DNA of 64,000 nucleotides from the human T2T-CHM13v2.0 reference genome, Homo sapiens, in NCBI RefSeq assembly GCF_009914755.1, contig NC_060934.1; one strand, given 5' to 3'. The notes under the pieces are model-generated. The model was given only the letters and a program-made list of their open reading frames with translations, ran no database searches and had not been told where the DNA came from. Position 1 is the stretch's first letter, and each line of letters opens with the position of its first letter. The position numbers and the translations under genes were made by a program. This document shows positions 27,386-41,282 of this stretch, in pieces.

Positions 27386-29544
27386 TTAAAACACAACATA
27401 TTTCATTTGTAACTGTCAAAAATAAAAAGAAACATTCAGTAGTTACCAAAATATTTTTTCTCCCCACCTAGGAAAAAACTGTATATAAGCTTTGGGTAAT
27501 GAAACTTTTAGCCTAGGATTTGTTTGCTAAAGATCTTCTATAACTTTGTATTTTTGAATTTAAAGGGAAACCTTAAAAAAAAAAAAAAAGGACACTGAAG
27601 ACATTTATCAAGATTATCTGTTCTTTTAAGATATTGGGCCATATCTTAAATGCATATATTTGTAATATATTATTCCAACCCTGACTAGTCATTTTGTTTT
27701 ACTCTTAATATGTTAAATAACAATTTATTACTTTTTTCAGGCTTACTCTAAGAATTTCATTAGTATAAAGTTCCCAAAGTTTTAAATCGCTTTTTAATCC
27801 TTTCCTAAAAAGCTGTATTTAACATCTGCTAAAAATACAGGCACTAGATGATCAATGTTATATCCAAAATGGTATTTTATCCCAAGTGACTATACAATAT
27901 AATCTATATCTAAGAAGTAACAAATTACAAATGGTTAGCATTAATTTTGTGTATTTAACTCATTGAACTTTACATCTATTTTTCTTCATGATATTCTATA
28001 CAATCCATTAAAAAGAAAGTCCACTCAACAGACTTGATGATTCTTCTACATTAGGATCCAACCTGGGTTCCATGCAACTCTGAAAGATGTTAACAGACGT
28101 TCTATGCTTTTGAAAAAGAAACCAGAGGACACATTTACATCCTTCTTAGATATTCATGAGGCATTTTAGCTTATTAATGTTCTTGCCTTTTAGACTTAAT
28201 GAAACTTGTTTTTCTTTCACTCAGTCTCCCACACTTATGTGATCTTGGAGTCCATTTTCCCCCCAGAAAGTCTGCTGCCCCAAAATGAAACTCTATTCCA
28301 CCAAAAACCTGAGGCACATGCTATTGGGCAATGGTGCTTTACAATCTACTGGGCAGAATTATTTCTTAACTAGTTCTCAGTTTTCTAGGGTGTGTGTAAA
28401 AATTTCCAGAGACAGAAATTCTATTTCTCCTTTAGTAATATTTTTCAGTGAAATTGTTTCATTAAAAAAAAAAAATCCGTATCTATCAGTGCCACTTTCA
28501 TAGTCAATTTGATAGGAATGGAAGTTGAAAAATTTTCAAGAAAAGTCTAATTTTCGAAAAGTCAATACAGTTCAGTAATAACTAGCTCAAGAATGCTAAG
28601 AAGCCTAACAGTTCTTCATTTTCCACTGATGTTCCAGATCTCATATTTTATATTTTCATCCTTAGCTTCAATTCCACACATTTATAAGTGAAACCACCTT
28701 CACACTAGAAAGTAACCTTTAGTTATAAAATTTCATAGGCAGACATAGAAACAAACATCTCTAAGTATAAACTGACCCTTAATAATGAGCCAAACTACAT
28801 TCTAAGTAGTTAGGATAGTAGAATTAATATTGTTTTATAGATTAGTCTAGTGACAATAATTGCTGAAGGTAAGCTATCAAATAGGTTTAAAAGAAATGAC
28901 CACTTCCTAAAATTGGACAGTCTTGGACACAATTACATACCAGTTAAATTTGCATTCTATTGTACCTCAAGACAGATCAGCAACACAATCCCACGGGAAA
29001 GCAAAATAAAGACTGACAGGGAAGAGCGGCTTTCTTCAAGATGCCTTTTGGAATGATACTGCCTACTGGATGGCAACTCAATATAATAACATGTCTTACT
29101 TTTACAGCCTATTTACTAGATGTAAAGCGCCCAGACCCAGTTACCATGCAGATGATATTTGTTAAGTAATTGGCAAGAAACACTAAGGGAGAAAGACAAA
29201 TGCAAACACATACATACCCCCCTCACTCTTCCACACACACACAATATCCTCACATGGTCAGAGTGTGAGACTTCACAAACAATAGGCTATAGAAAGTCAT
29301 AATTTTGAAAATATTAAAACAGTACTTTAAATATATAGCAGGTTCCTCACCACACAAAGCTTATTCACAAACTGAACTTGGAAGATCCATTCTTAGAATA
29401 ACTAGTGTTAAAATTATTTTAAATTTGATATTAACACTTAGAATAACTAGTGTTAAAATCATTTAAATTTGATGGCACTGGGAAAATAATTTTGCATTAT
29501 ATGAACAAATGCCACTTTTATTTCCAAGACAAGTTGTGATCTAA

Positions 29545-29825
29545 GGGCGGGGGCTGTGGCTCACACCTGTAATCCCAGTATTTTGGGAGGCTGAGGCGGG
29601 AGGTTCACTTGAGTCCAGGAGACTGAGACCAGCCTACTCAACATAAGGAGACCTCATCTCTACAAAAAATTTAAAAAATTAGCCAGGCATGGAGGCACAT
29701 GCCTGTGTGGTTCCGGATACTAGAGAGGCTAATGAGGCGGGAGGATGGCTTGATCCCAGGTCAAGACTGCAATGAGTCACACCACTGCACTCCAGCCTGG
29801 GTGACAGAGCAAGACCCTGTCTCAA
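29545..29825 (+). mobile_element. AluJ without a tail
   Basis: Diverged Alu with TSD agttgt(g/a)atctaa. Confidence 0.85.
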
Positions 29826-30493
29826 CAGTTGTAATCTAAACTCTCTGAAATAAAGTTTATTGCTTAATTTGGCAAAAACAAGGAAACAGTTATTATAAAC
29901 AGTGTTAACTTGAAAACCAAAAAATCAGCAGGTTCTGAGATATTAAATAATCGAGTGCCTAGAACACGTTATCAACCTTTTATTTAAAGTGGAACCAATT
30001 TTATGTGAAAAAACAAAAACTACACTTGAAATATAAAACTACTTAATTATTACCTTTTCTTTAAAAACCTAAGTGTCATTTCTCAATTACTGTTTTTTTG
30101 ACAAGTTGTTATATATCACAATATCCAGTCAATGGTAAACATTTCACTGAAATGATAATTTCATGACCATCTAAAAGTTTTGATTAAAAGGCATCTTTTA
30201 TTTCTCCCAATAATATACCTGTTCTTAAATTCCTCCAAACCTAAATTAGTTTCTTTTGACCAAGGGCAAGTAAGGAAGAATTTTAAAATGCCAACAATAT
30301 ACCTTGGAGTAAAGACAAAGGAAAATAAATGTAAATGTTTTAGAAAAGTTCAATAATGAAAAATGAAAGAAGAAACTAGTAACAAATACTAATGAACTCA
30401 ACGAGCCCTGAGACATTAAATTTGCTGTATGTAACTCTTGCAAGCATCTTTGGTTTTGTTTTAATCTACTTTTTTCCCTACCTTGATTGTTTA

Positions 30494-30712
<219 letters not shown>

Positions 30713-32246
30713 CTATAAAAACCAGAAAATGCCTACACACATCATTTAATGGTCCATTCTAGAGACAAATACTATACTCTTTACAGTATTATGCCACATA
30801 AGAGAATAAAATTGTGCTAAAAAATAAATGCACAGGTACAAAGTCTAAATTGCTACATATTTTTATTGGACTCGGTCTTCAATACTGTCACACTTTCTTT
30901 AAAGAGTGATAATATTTATTTCACTTTATGTATGATTCTTAGCTCACTATTCCTCTTCTTTGCTCAGTTGCTGGCAAAGTCTCCCCTTCTACAATACCCA
31001 GTATGCTGTCTTGTCTCCTCTAGATTTCTGAACCCTTAAGCAGACACATCTTGGGATGCCCATGCACAGTCTATGCCTCCTCTCTAAGAAATACCCACTC
31101 TCCCCATAGTCCCTGCTTATGATGTGGCCTTAAGGATTCATGCTTGTGCCACAGGAACCACAGCTAATGGACCAGAAGAGGACAGCTGACCCCAGGGGAA
31201 CAGTTATTTGGTTGCACTGACTCATCAGACACTGTCTCTATGAAATGTGAACAAAGCCAGAGACTGTAATCAGATGGGGGTACGTACTGGAACAGAATGC
31301 TCACAATGAATCTGTGGGTGCAATCTGAGCCGCAGTATAACTGGCCAGTAGGCAAAGGAAGCAATCTGGAGAGAGAAACAGTGAACTGAACAGTTCACAG
31401 AGATCATCTGAGATACTGAGTGGCCCCCAGAATGGGAGAGATGGAAGGTGCAGCTTTCCTTCTCACCAGACGCTTCCCACCTTCCAGCTCCAATTCCGGT
31501 GAGGCCCAACTAGTGCTTCCTTCCTATGAGATGTCCCTTTAAAAACCCCTTTTTAACTTTTCCTAGTTTGAGCGAATTTCTGTTCTTATAATTTAAAGGT
31601 TTTAACTACAATAGAAATTATACATCCCAAGGTTCAAAGGTCCTCCCTGGGACCTAGTCAACAAGTATTCATTTAACACCCACATTAAGTCCAACACAAA
31701 TTAATCTATCCCAGATTATCTTCTCCCCCAACAATGCTGAATGCCTTAAGAAGAGCATGTCTATTACCGAAGAGTTTAGCCTCCTCCTGGGGATAGCCAG
31801 TAAGGGCATAGTTATCTTGTTTGGACCTCACCTAATAGATAAATGTGATTGTGAAAAGTAACCTCCCAAGAGCAAAGAGAGTTATAAAAAGTCAAGCAAA
31901 AATTAACCAAGCCACCCACTTCCTGTCCTTCTACCCTGTATATCTGCTTAAAAATAAAAACAAAACAACACAAAACATTACAAAGCAAAACAATATGGAG
32001 GGAGAGAGAAAAGGTGAGACTCACTGGCATACTGTGGTCATATTTAGGTTCTTCCACTTCAGAATCAGCTCTGTTCTAAGGCCCTAGGGTTATCACAGGG
32101 TTTCAGCTTAAAAAGATCCACAGAGCTAAAGAGACCATGGAGACCACCTAGCTCTGAGATGCAGAAATGTGCCCACAGGGCCCTGCTAAGTAGGGAGTAC
32201 CTCAGAATACAACTCAAAGACCTTGGGCAGGCAGGCCCCAACTTAC

Positions 32247-32295
32247 CGTGTTATAAATAGAATAGGCAGCAAGCACATGGAATAAGGATTGTTGC
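32247..32295 (-). CDS. USP6NL: USP6NL coding exon, 49 nt: QQSLFHVLAAYSIYNT
   Basis: ctctag|G CAA...ACG|gtaagt. Phase 2 matches the previous exon. Confidence 0.96.
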
Positions 32296-32588
32296 CTAGA
32301 GAAAAAAATTTACATTAAATACAATTTAGTAATTTCACATATTTTAAAAATTACAAACTTAAAAAAATAAACCAAAGACTGACTGAAAACAGATAATCCA
32401 GATAAAATTACTAATGTAATAAATTATCCCAAGTTCAAATTCAAACAACACTCTAAAAAGTCTAAATTCAAGACTAGATAATATTCATTCTGAAAGGATT
32501 TATACCAAGAAAACACAAAACACTTCAAAATTCCTAAAATTTGTTGCCTTCTTTTGCTGATCTATCTCACTTTGAGACCCTTCTGATA

Positions 32589-33680
32589 GAAGCAGCTGGC
32601 TTGACAGAATGGTGGAATGGCCTTTTGAAGGCTCAGTGACATTGCCAGCAAGGTACAATACCCTGCAGGGAAAGGGTGATGTCCTTGGGATGCTGAATAT
32701 GCTCCATATCAGGCTCCAATTCAAGGTGCTGTTTTTCCCATAGCCAGGATTCAAGGATCCAAGATTCAAAGGCTGCAAGTAGGAGTGGCTCCACTCATCA
32801 TTCTCTCTAGAGATCCACTAGCAAAGCGTTTGCTTCTTGGCCCTGCAAGCTTGGGTTCTGCTGGTCGAGAGATCTTAGTTCCAAAAGGAGGAATGCTTCC
32901 ACCATGAGACATAACAGTGATTCCACTGACCTGGAAGCTGAAACTGCCACCCAACCACTTTGGGCTCCTTATGCCTCTGAACCAACAGGCAAAGAAGGAC
33001 GTGGCTGTGTGGGCTGGGGGGATTATCCTGATTACTAAGGGGAACATGGGTTGCTATGACACAACAGACACAAGGAGGAGTACATCTGGAATGCAGGAGA
33101 ACACTTGGGGCATCTCTTACTAGTATCACTGAGCCCTGTGATGAAAGTCAATGGAAAACTACCAATTCAGGCAGAACTGCTAGGTTCAGATTTTCAGGAA
33201 GAAAGGTTTGAGTTATCCCTCTAGGTAAAGAACCACAACCATCTGAGTGCTTGCTGAGGGCAAAGGGAATATGGAATGGGCAGTGAAACGTGGCATTATA
33301 AACACCACCTGTGACCACATGACCAGTCACAGAAGGGATTGCTGCAATTATTATGAGTATTTCTTCCTTATTTTTTTGTAAATGTGCTTGTATATATACC
33401 AACAAATATTTTCTTCTTCCCTCTCTTTTACCTTATCATCTAACATAAGGTATCTTAATAACAGTCAGCTTTATACCACAGTGTGTAAGTTACAGGATAC
33501 TAAAGCAGAAGTGTGATCATCTCCCAAAGACTTGGCATCCTCACGTGGGGAAAGAATTAGCACATTTCAGCTGTGAGCAGAATAATGGTATCATGTTAGA
33601 TGGAAGGATGACTTGGTTACTATCTTACTTGGAAATTGTTTAAGGTGGTGTGTGTGAGTGCCAAGTTGACAAGGCTGGAC
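32589..33680 (+). mobile_element. ERV-L (HERVL-like) internal 3' remnant: integrase end, dUTPase relic and polypurine-tract region
   Basis: EAAGLTEWWNGLLK is integrase-like. IPLTWKLKLPPNHFGLLMPLNQQAKKDVAVWAG resembles ERV-L dUTPase. gccaagttgacaagg precedes the LTR. Confidence 0.85.
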
Positions 33681-34083
33681 TGCAGTGGTTGGCTTTGGGT
33701 GTCAACTTGGCTAAACAACAATCCCCAGATATACAAAACACTGATCTAGGTGTCACTGGGAACGTATTTTGTAGATTGATAAAAATCCATAATCTGTTAA
33801 CTTTAAGTAGGAGAGATTATCCTAGAAGACCTGGGCAGGCCTCATTCAATCTGTTGAAAGGCCTTAAGGGCAGATTTGAGGTTTCCCTGAAGAAGAAACT
33901 CTGCCTGTGGCCAGCAGCTTCAGCTCATCCCCGAGGCCCAGACTGTCCTTTCCCATGGCCTGCCCTGTGGATTTTGGCCTTGCCTAATCAGCCCCGACAG
34001 CTGGAGAAGCCAATACCTTGAAATGTCCTAACATATATCTCCTATTGGTTTCTGTTTCCTGATTAGACTCTCTGACTGATACA
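33681..34083 (+). mobile_element. MLT2-family 3' LTR of the ERV-L element
   Basis: TG...gtgtcaacttggc start and ...ctattggtttctgtttc...ctgactgataCA end. Confidence 0.8.
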
Positions 34084-34532
34084 GAGATCAGCAAAACTGT
34101 ACTTTTCATTTATAAGTTGTCATAGCAATGATGTATCAATTCATTAATTTCTCATTTCATGTCCCTTTTTTAAAAAAAGTTTCATTTATGCATGGGGGTC
34201 AAGGTTATAGAGATACATTGATCACTGACAAAGTTTTTACACACACTGTCATTCTTCTATGACTTCTAATAAAAGTATCTACTATATTTCTAAGAATCCC
34301 CAGATTATAAAATGAGTCTTTACCAATTTTATAGCACGTGCTATATCAAAGGTTAAAAAATTTAAGTTAAATTAGATCTTAAGTTTCACACAACATGGAC
34401 GCAAATGATCTGCAAAAGCTTAAACCTTTAGGACCTAAATCGAAATTACAGTCTATAAAGGCATTCTAATTTTAAGTTAATAAAGACTATTTATAAATGC
34501 GATTAACATTTCATAATATTAAACTTTACTCA

Positions 34533-34700
<168 letters not shown>

Positions 34701-35161
34701 CTATGACAAATAATAATTCTCATTAAAAAGTTTTTGGTTTAAAAAAATCACTCAATGGTTAAAAAAAATCAAAACTATATATACAAAAAGGTACACAATA
34801 GAAACTTTCCCTCCCCTCCATTCCCCCATTTCTCCTACTGCCTGCTTCTCCCTCTTCCCCTACCTTCCTTCTCTTCCATCCTGTCTATCTAGTTAATTTT
34901 AATTTAGGATAGAGAACTTTTCAGAGTTGGCACTGCTGAACTATGTGAAAGTTCTTCATGGCTGAGCCATGCAGTCTGTTATGATTTCTTGTTTCTTTCC
35001 AGGATGATGCTTTTGTTTTCCTTGAAGCTAATCATTGCCTTGTTTCTCAATTTGCTTTGTTTCCCACCTAATTCAATCCTAAGCTCCACTATAAATGGTA
35101 TAATCTCCTCAGGTGATGTTCCAGTAGAGTAGGTGTTCCACCAGCTTCATCTTGCTGTCTG

Positions 35162-35326
35162 CTGCTCCTGCCTGTGCGGCCGGACCTCTGGGCCTGTTCC
35201 TGCCTGTGCGGCCGGACCTCTGGGCCTGCTCCTGCCTGTACGGCCTGATCTCTGGGCCTTCTCCTGCCTGTGCAGCCTGACCTCTGGGCCTGCTCCTGCC
35301 TGTGCGGCCTGACCTCTGGGCCTGCT
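35162..35326. repeat. 32-bp minisatellite, 5 copies plus a partial copy
   Basis: Unit ctgctcctgcctgtgcggcc(g/t)gacctctgggc at 35162, 35194, 35226, 35258 and 35290. Confidence 0.95.
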
Positions 35327-35429
35327 GCACAGCTCAGGTCTTGGAGCCTCCCTTCTCCACCTGCTGGGGTGGTTTTCTCCCATGCTGGGCCCCCTGTTTC
35401 CTGGTCTCCTATCTTTTTTCTCAGGTTCT

Positions 35430-37900
35430 TCCCTTGCTCTGCAGGAACACACCCTTTAGTAGCTCCTGTGAAAGGCTATATGGAAGATAAAATTTTTGAA
35501 ACTTTGAATATCTGATCATTCTACCCTCTTATTTAACTATTTGGCTGTTTTAGAATTCTAAGTTGGAAAATATTTTTGCTCAAAAGGCACAGCTTCACCG
35601 TCTTCTGGCTTCCAGTGTTGCTATTCTGTTTCTTTATGTGCAATCTGCGTTTTCTCTCTAGAAGCTTGTAGGAGTTTCTCTCTCCATGTATTGAAACTTC
35701 ACATTTCAGTACTGGGTTTGGATCTATTTTTATCCACAGGGTTGGGTACTTAGTGAATCCTTCCAATCTTAAAAACTCCTACCCAAATCTTTCAGCTCTC
35801 AGACATCTTCAACAATTCATTTGTCAACTTCTTCATCTTCCCTTCCTGTAGGGTCCAGCCCCATAGGGTCGGTGAGTTTCTCCCCGTGTGTGGCGACGAG
35901 AGAGTGCAGAAATAAAGACACAAGACAAAGAGATAAAAGAAAAGACAGCTGGGCCCAGGGGACCACTACTACCAATGCGCGGAGCCCAGTAGTGGCCCCG
36001 AATGTCTGGCTGCACTGTTATTTATTGGATACAAAGCAAAAGGGGCAGGGTAAAGAGTGTGAGTCATCTCCAGTGATAGGTAAGGTCATGTGGGTCACGT
36101 GTCAACTGGACAGGGGGCCCTTTCCTGCCTGGCAGCTGAGGCAGAGAGAGAGAGGGAGACAGAGAGACAGCTTACGCCATTATTTCTGCTTATTAGAGAC
36201 TTTTAGTACTTTCACTAATTGACTACTGCTATCTAGAAGGCAGAGCCAGGTGTACAGGATGGAACATGAAGGCGGACTAGGAGCATGACCACCGAAGCAC
36301 AGCATCACAGGGAGACGGTTAGGCCTCCGGATAACTGCAGGCGAGCCTGACTAATGTCAGGCCCTCCACAAAAGGTGGAGGAGCAGAGTCTTCTCTAAAC
36401 TCCCCCGGGGAAAGGGAGACTCCCTTTCCCTCTGCTAAGTAGCCGGTGTTTTCCCTTGACACTTACGCTACTGCTAGACCTCGGTCCGCCTGGCAACGGG
36501 CGTCTTCCCAGATGCTGGCGTTACCGCTAGACCAAGGAGCCCTCTGGTGGCCCTGTCCGGGCATAACAGAAGGTTCGCACTCTTGTCTTCTGGTCACTTC
36601 TCACTGTGTCCCCTCAGCTCCTATCTCTGTATGGCCTGGTTTTTCCTAGGTTATGATTATAGAGCGAGGATTATTATAATATTGGAATATAGAGTAATTG
36701 CTACAAACTAATGATTAATGATATTCATATATAATCATATCTAAGATCTACATCTGGTATAACTATTCTTGTTTTATATTTTATTATACTGGAACAGCTC
36801 GTGTCCTCGGTCTCTTGCCTCAGCACCTGGATGGCTTGCCGCCCACACCCTCCCTCCATTCCCATTTTCTTTTTCTGAAACTCTTATTATTACAGTCTGG
36901 GAACTCCTAGGCTATCATCTAATTTTCTTGTATTTTTCTGTATTATTTTACATCTCTTTGCTTTTATAACTGACATTCTGGGAATTTCTTCAATTGTCAT
37001 TTTCAATTAAGTTTTTCATTACTAATATTTGTTATATTCATAAGCTCTGTTGTTTTTGAGTGTTCCTTTTTATAGCATTCTATACTTGTTTTATGGATGC
37101 AGTATCTATTTTTCTCTGAAGATATTAAAAATAGTTTTTTAGATTCTCTTCTTTACACTATAATCTGTTTCTTACAAGCTGCTTTCTTCATTTGCTTCCA
37201 CTTGTCTTTCACGTTAGCTCCCTTCTTCAAATGAACAGCAAAACTTCGTTTTCTGCTTTTGTTTAAAAGTGGGACACAAAAAAGCTGCATGCCTGGGTGA
37301 GGCTTCCTGACTGTGATCCTGCTCGTGGAGGGATGTGGCCAAGCAGTTGGACTGGGGTTCCCTGAAGTCAGTACCTTTGGGTTTATTTTCTTATGCTGAT
37401 CACATCCCCCACAGAACGCTCTTCCAATCTCCTGTCAGGAAGACAAGCACCTGGCTGCTAGTGATCTGGGAGGTGAGTTGAGGAAAAAGGCTGGACTGTC
37501 CAAAATTTAAACTACTCAACTCCTCTGCTTTCATGACAGCAGCTCACCCTCAGCAAGGTCTGCGTTTTCCCTAGTCCAGAGGCCCTCTGTTTCATCCTCG
37601 CCAAATAACAAACCTCCAGTCTTGGGCTAGCACTGAGGGAGCTAAGGAGCTCTAACTGCTTCTGAAACAGACTTTCAACCACTTCTGTGTTTAGCTTCAC
37701 CTCCACTTCCAGAGGTTCCTGCAGTTGGCAATTACCAAGCCTTACGGAGATTCTGAGCTACTAATCAGGTTGCTTCTCCAATTCCCACTGCCAGCCTAGG
37801 ATTTAGCTTCCTCAGGTTTGCTAAGTTTACTAAATGTCTGTCTGCATTCTCATTTTCCAAAACTGGTAGCTGTTAAGCATCTCCCATTTTCTTATTTCTG
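35430..37900 (-). mobile_element. Old L1M ORF1/5' remnant split by LTR13
   Basis: The minus-strand peptide ...LLERKRRL...NIFQLRILKQPN resembles degenerate L1 ORF1p. Boundaries are approximate. Confidence 0.55.
35847..36847 (-). mobile_element. LTR13 (ERVK-class) solo LTR, about 1.0 kb
   Basis: Minus strand starts TGTGGGCGGCAAGCC...GAGGCAAGAGACCGAGGACACGAGCTGTTCCAGT and ends ...CCCTACA. The 6-bp TSD is ccttcc/ccctcc. Confidence 0.9.
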
Positions 37901-38167
37901 TGGGTTTGCCTTTTTATAATAAAAACTCTGCTATCAATTTAGTGGCATTTCAAGGGAAAGGGAGCTAAATGAGTATGTTGAATCTCCCATGTTTAAACAG
38001 ATGGGAGATTAAAATTTAACCATGTTTAATATAAATAAGAATTTATATACATATGTTATATTGACCTATTTACCATGTACTGGTAATACGGACTTCTGCT
38101 TGAATCAATTCCAATAAATATACATAAAAACATAACTGTTCCCGACTTCAGCTAAAAGTGGAAAGAA

Positions 38168-38242
38168 GGTTATCTGGGGATGTCTATTATAAGGCTATCT
38201 GGGCATGTCTAGAATAAGGCTATTTGGGCATGTCTAGAATAA
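38168..38242. repeat. 25-bp tandem repeat, 3 copies
   Basis: Unit ggctatctgggcatgtctagaataa. Confidence 0.9.
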
Positions 38243-38540
38243 GTATGTGTATGTTAAGTGTTTTATGAGTCTGTGTATTTTTGTGTATTGAAGGTCAGAG
38301 AAGGGGCTTCTGCAGCTTTTTAAAACAGGAAGAACAGCCACAGTATGTTTCAGAATTCTCAAGACAGAGGAAGACATTTAGAGTATTGTATTAGATTCAT
38401 ATGGCCACTAAAATATTATTGTATATTATTTCTGAAAAAGGTGGTTCAGAAGATATTATAAAAATTTAGCTTGAAAAATAAATCTGTACATATTTGTTCT
38501 CTTCCATCTTTTTTTTTTTTTTTTTTAAGATAATGGGCAA

Positions 38541-38883
<343 letters not shown>

Positions 38884-39370
38884 TCAATTGTTGTTCTACA
38901 GGCTTCCTTGTAAAAGATGAGATGTCAAAACACAGGAAGAAAATGTTTGACAAGACATGATAAAATAAAATGCCTTAAAATAAAAGTTAATAGGAAGGCA
39001 GAAAAGACCCAAACGCATCTATAGTATCAGTTCCTCCAGAGGACAAGAAAATCCATCATAAAAAAGGCCTCATGGTGGAAGAAAAGCCCGGGTAAGTATG
39101 TAAAAAATAATAGGTCAGAAATATTATTTATGTCCTAAAATGTTTATAAGCTAATGCATGGAATGCAGGAATCAAACATATTTTTTACTCCTGAATGAAA
39201 AGAGGTAAACAATTTCTACAGTTACCTTTGAGATTAGGTGGGTTGAGATCCATGAGCGTCACAGTAATATAAAAATAAATACTTTATTTTAAAAAATGGG
39301 ATCAAATGAACCCATAAACCTGAGGGCAGAAGTACAGTGGAAAGCATTTAGATAAAAAATTGGCATTATT

Positions 39371-39674
39371 GGCCAGGCACAGTGGCTCACGCCTGTAATC
39401 CCAGCACTTTGGGAGGCCAAGGCGGGTGGATCACAAGGTCAGGGAGTTCAAGACTAGCCTGGCCAGCATGGTGAAACCCCATCTCTACTAAAAATAGAAA
39501 AATTAGCCGGGCATGGTGGCGGGCACCTGTAATCCCAGCTACTCGGTAGGCTGAAGCAGAGAACTGCTTGAACCTAGGAGGTGGAGGTTGCAGTGAGCCG
39601 AGATCACACCACTGCACTCCAGCCTGGGCAACAGAGTGACACTCTGTCTCAAAAAAAAAAAAAAAAAAAAAAAA
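39371..39674 (+). mobile_element. AluS
   Basis: Full dimer with a poly-A tail. Confidence 0.92.
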
Positions 39675-40854
39675 ATTAGGATTATCATTGTGAGTTTGGC
39701 CTACGAGATTACTGAGCCACACTAAGGCTGTGGATGAAGCTGTTTTCCACTATGGTCTGATCCTATACCATCTGTAAGGTACACTGCTAAATGCAAGAGA
39801 GAAAAATAAAAATGAGATAACAGAAGAGGAAAACATATTAGATGGGAGCAGCCAAGACAGCTTGGATAGTAAATCCTACCCCTGCCACTTGCTAACCTTG
39901 GGGTGAAAAGTCACCTAGCCTCGCTAAGCTCAGTTTCCTCATGTGTAAGATAAATATAATAATGACAAAACCTGCATCTTGGCATGGTTGCAGGAACTAA
40001 ATGAGGTAATTCCCATAGAGCACTTAGACATAAAAGTATTCAAACAATGTCAGCTCTCCTCATGGTAAAGTAGGTACTTTATTTTAAAATACGGCAATAT
40101 GAAGCTTCAAGTTAAAACTAATCAGATCCAAACTGGAGGAGATCAGGGAAGGTCTTTGCAATGTGCTTTGAAATTCACCAATCTTTTTCCTTCCTGTAGG
40201 AAACAAAGTCCCACCAAGACACCTCCTACTCCATGAAGTCTTCCTGAACCATAAAGGTGATTTCTTTTCTTACCCTCTTTTCAACTCCTACTTTTAGAGT
40301 ATTTATCACAGACTATTATTAAATATTTCTATGCAACCATGTCTCCTCCAACCTAGAAGAAAAGATTCTTGCCACTGTACCTATTCATCTTCATACGTTC
40401 TTCAATACCACCCACAGAGCTTTATGGGGACAAGAAAGGACAAACAGGCCACCAGGGGAACTTGAAGGACTGAATGCTGATAATATGCTGGGTCCAAATA
40501 ATTTCACCCATCTGAGAAAAGTCTCGGCAGATTAAGAGAAGGTTGTAGTTTTAGTCCTACTGAAGTTCCAGTTCGTGGAGGATGTGTGGAGAGAGAGAGA
40601 AAGAGTGGATGAGAAAGGAAAAAAAAGTTGGCTAAATAATGATGCTGGGGGAAACTCAAATAGTAAAAATAATATTGATGACAGTGTTGAAAATCATAGG
40701 CTTGAAGGTACTGGCAGGCAAGTCATTCTTTTGTTGTAGTTGCTGTCAGATTTTACTAAATGGTTCTCTTGTATTAACTGGCCATCTGATAATTTTATTC
40801 TACATAGAAAAAGTCTAAAATATAACTGAAAATTAGAGTACTATTAGCAGGCAA

Positions 40855-41282
40855 GCTGGGATGAATAGTGTCCCTCCAAAACTCATGTCCACCAAGAACC
40901 TGTGACTGTGACCTCATCTGGAAATGGGGCCTCTGCCGGGGTAATCAAGTTAGGATGAGGTCATCCTGGATGAGGGTGGACCCTACATGCAATAACTATT
41001 GTCCCTATCAGGAAAGACAGACACACATTCACAGGAGGGAGGATAGCCAGGTGATAAGGAAGACAGGGATGGAGCGATGCCAAAATGCACTAAGGATGGT
41101 AGGCCACCACCAGAGGCTGGAGGAGGCCAGGAAGATGCCTCCCTAGAGCCCTGAGAGAAAGTGTTGTCCTGCTGACACCTTAATTTTGGACTTCTGTCCT
41201 CAAGAACTGTGTGAGAGAGAGTTCTGTTGTTTTGAGCCGCTTAGTTTGTGGTACTTGGTTACAGCAGCCCTAAATGAATACA
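40855..41282 (+). mobile_element. MLT1 (ERVL-MaLR) LTR
   Basis: gtccctccaaaactcatgtc...ctgctgacaccttaattttggacttct...acagcagccct...ataca. Confidence 0.8.

Noticed and set aside
32917-33123. dUTPase-like ORF as a domesticated gene
   Set aside because: It is a short, frameshifted fragment lacking the full motif set, within a decayed ERV-L.
35162-35326. 32-bp repeats resembling a CRISPR array
   Set aside because: The units are head-to-tail with no unique spacers, there are no cas genes, and the context is a mammalian intron.
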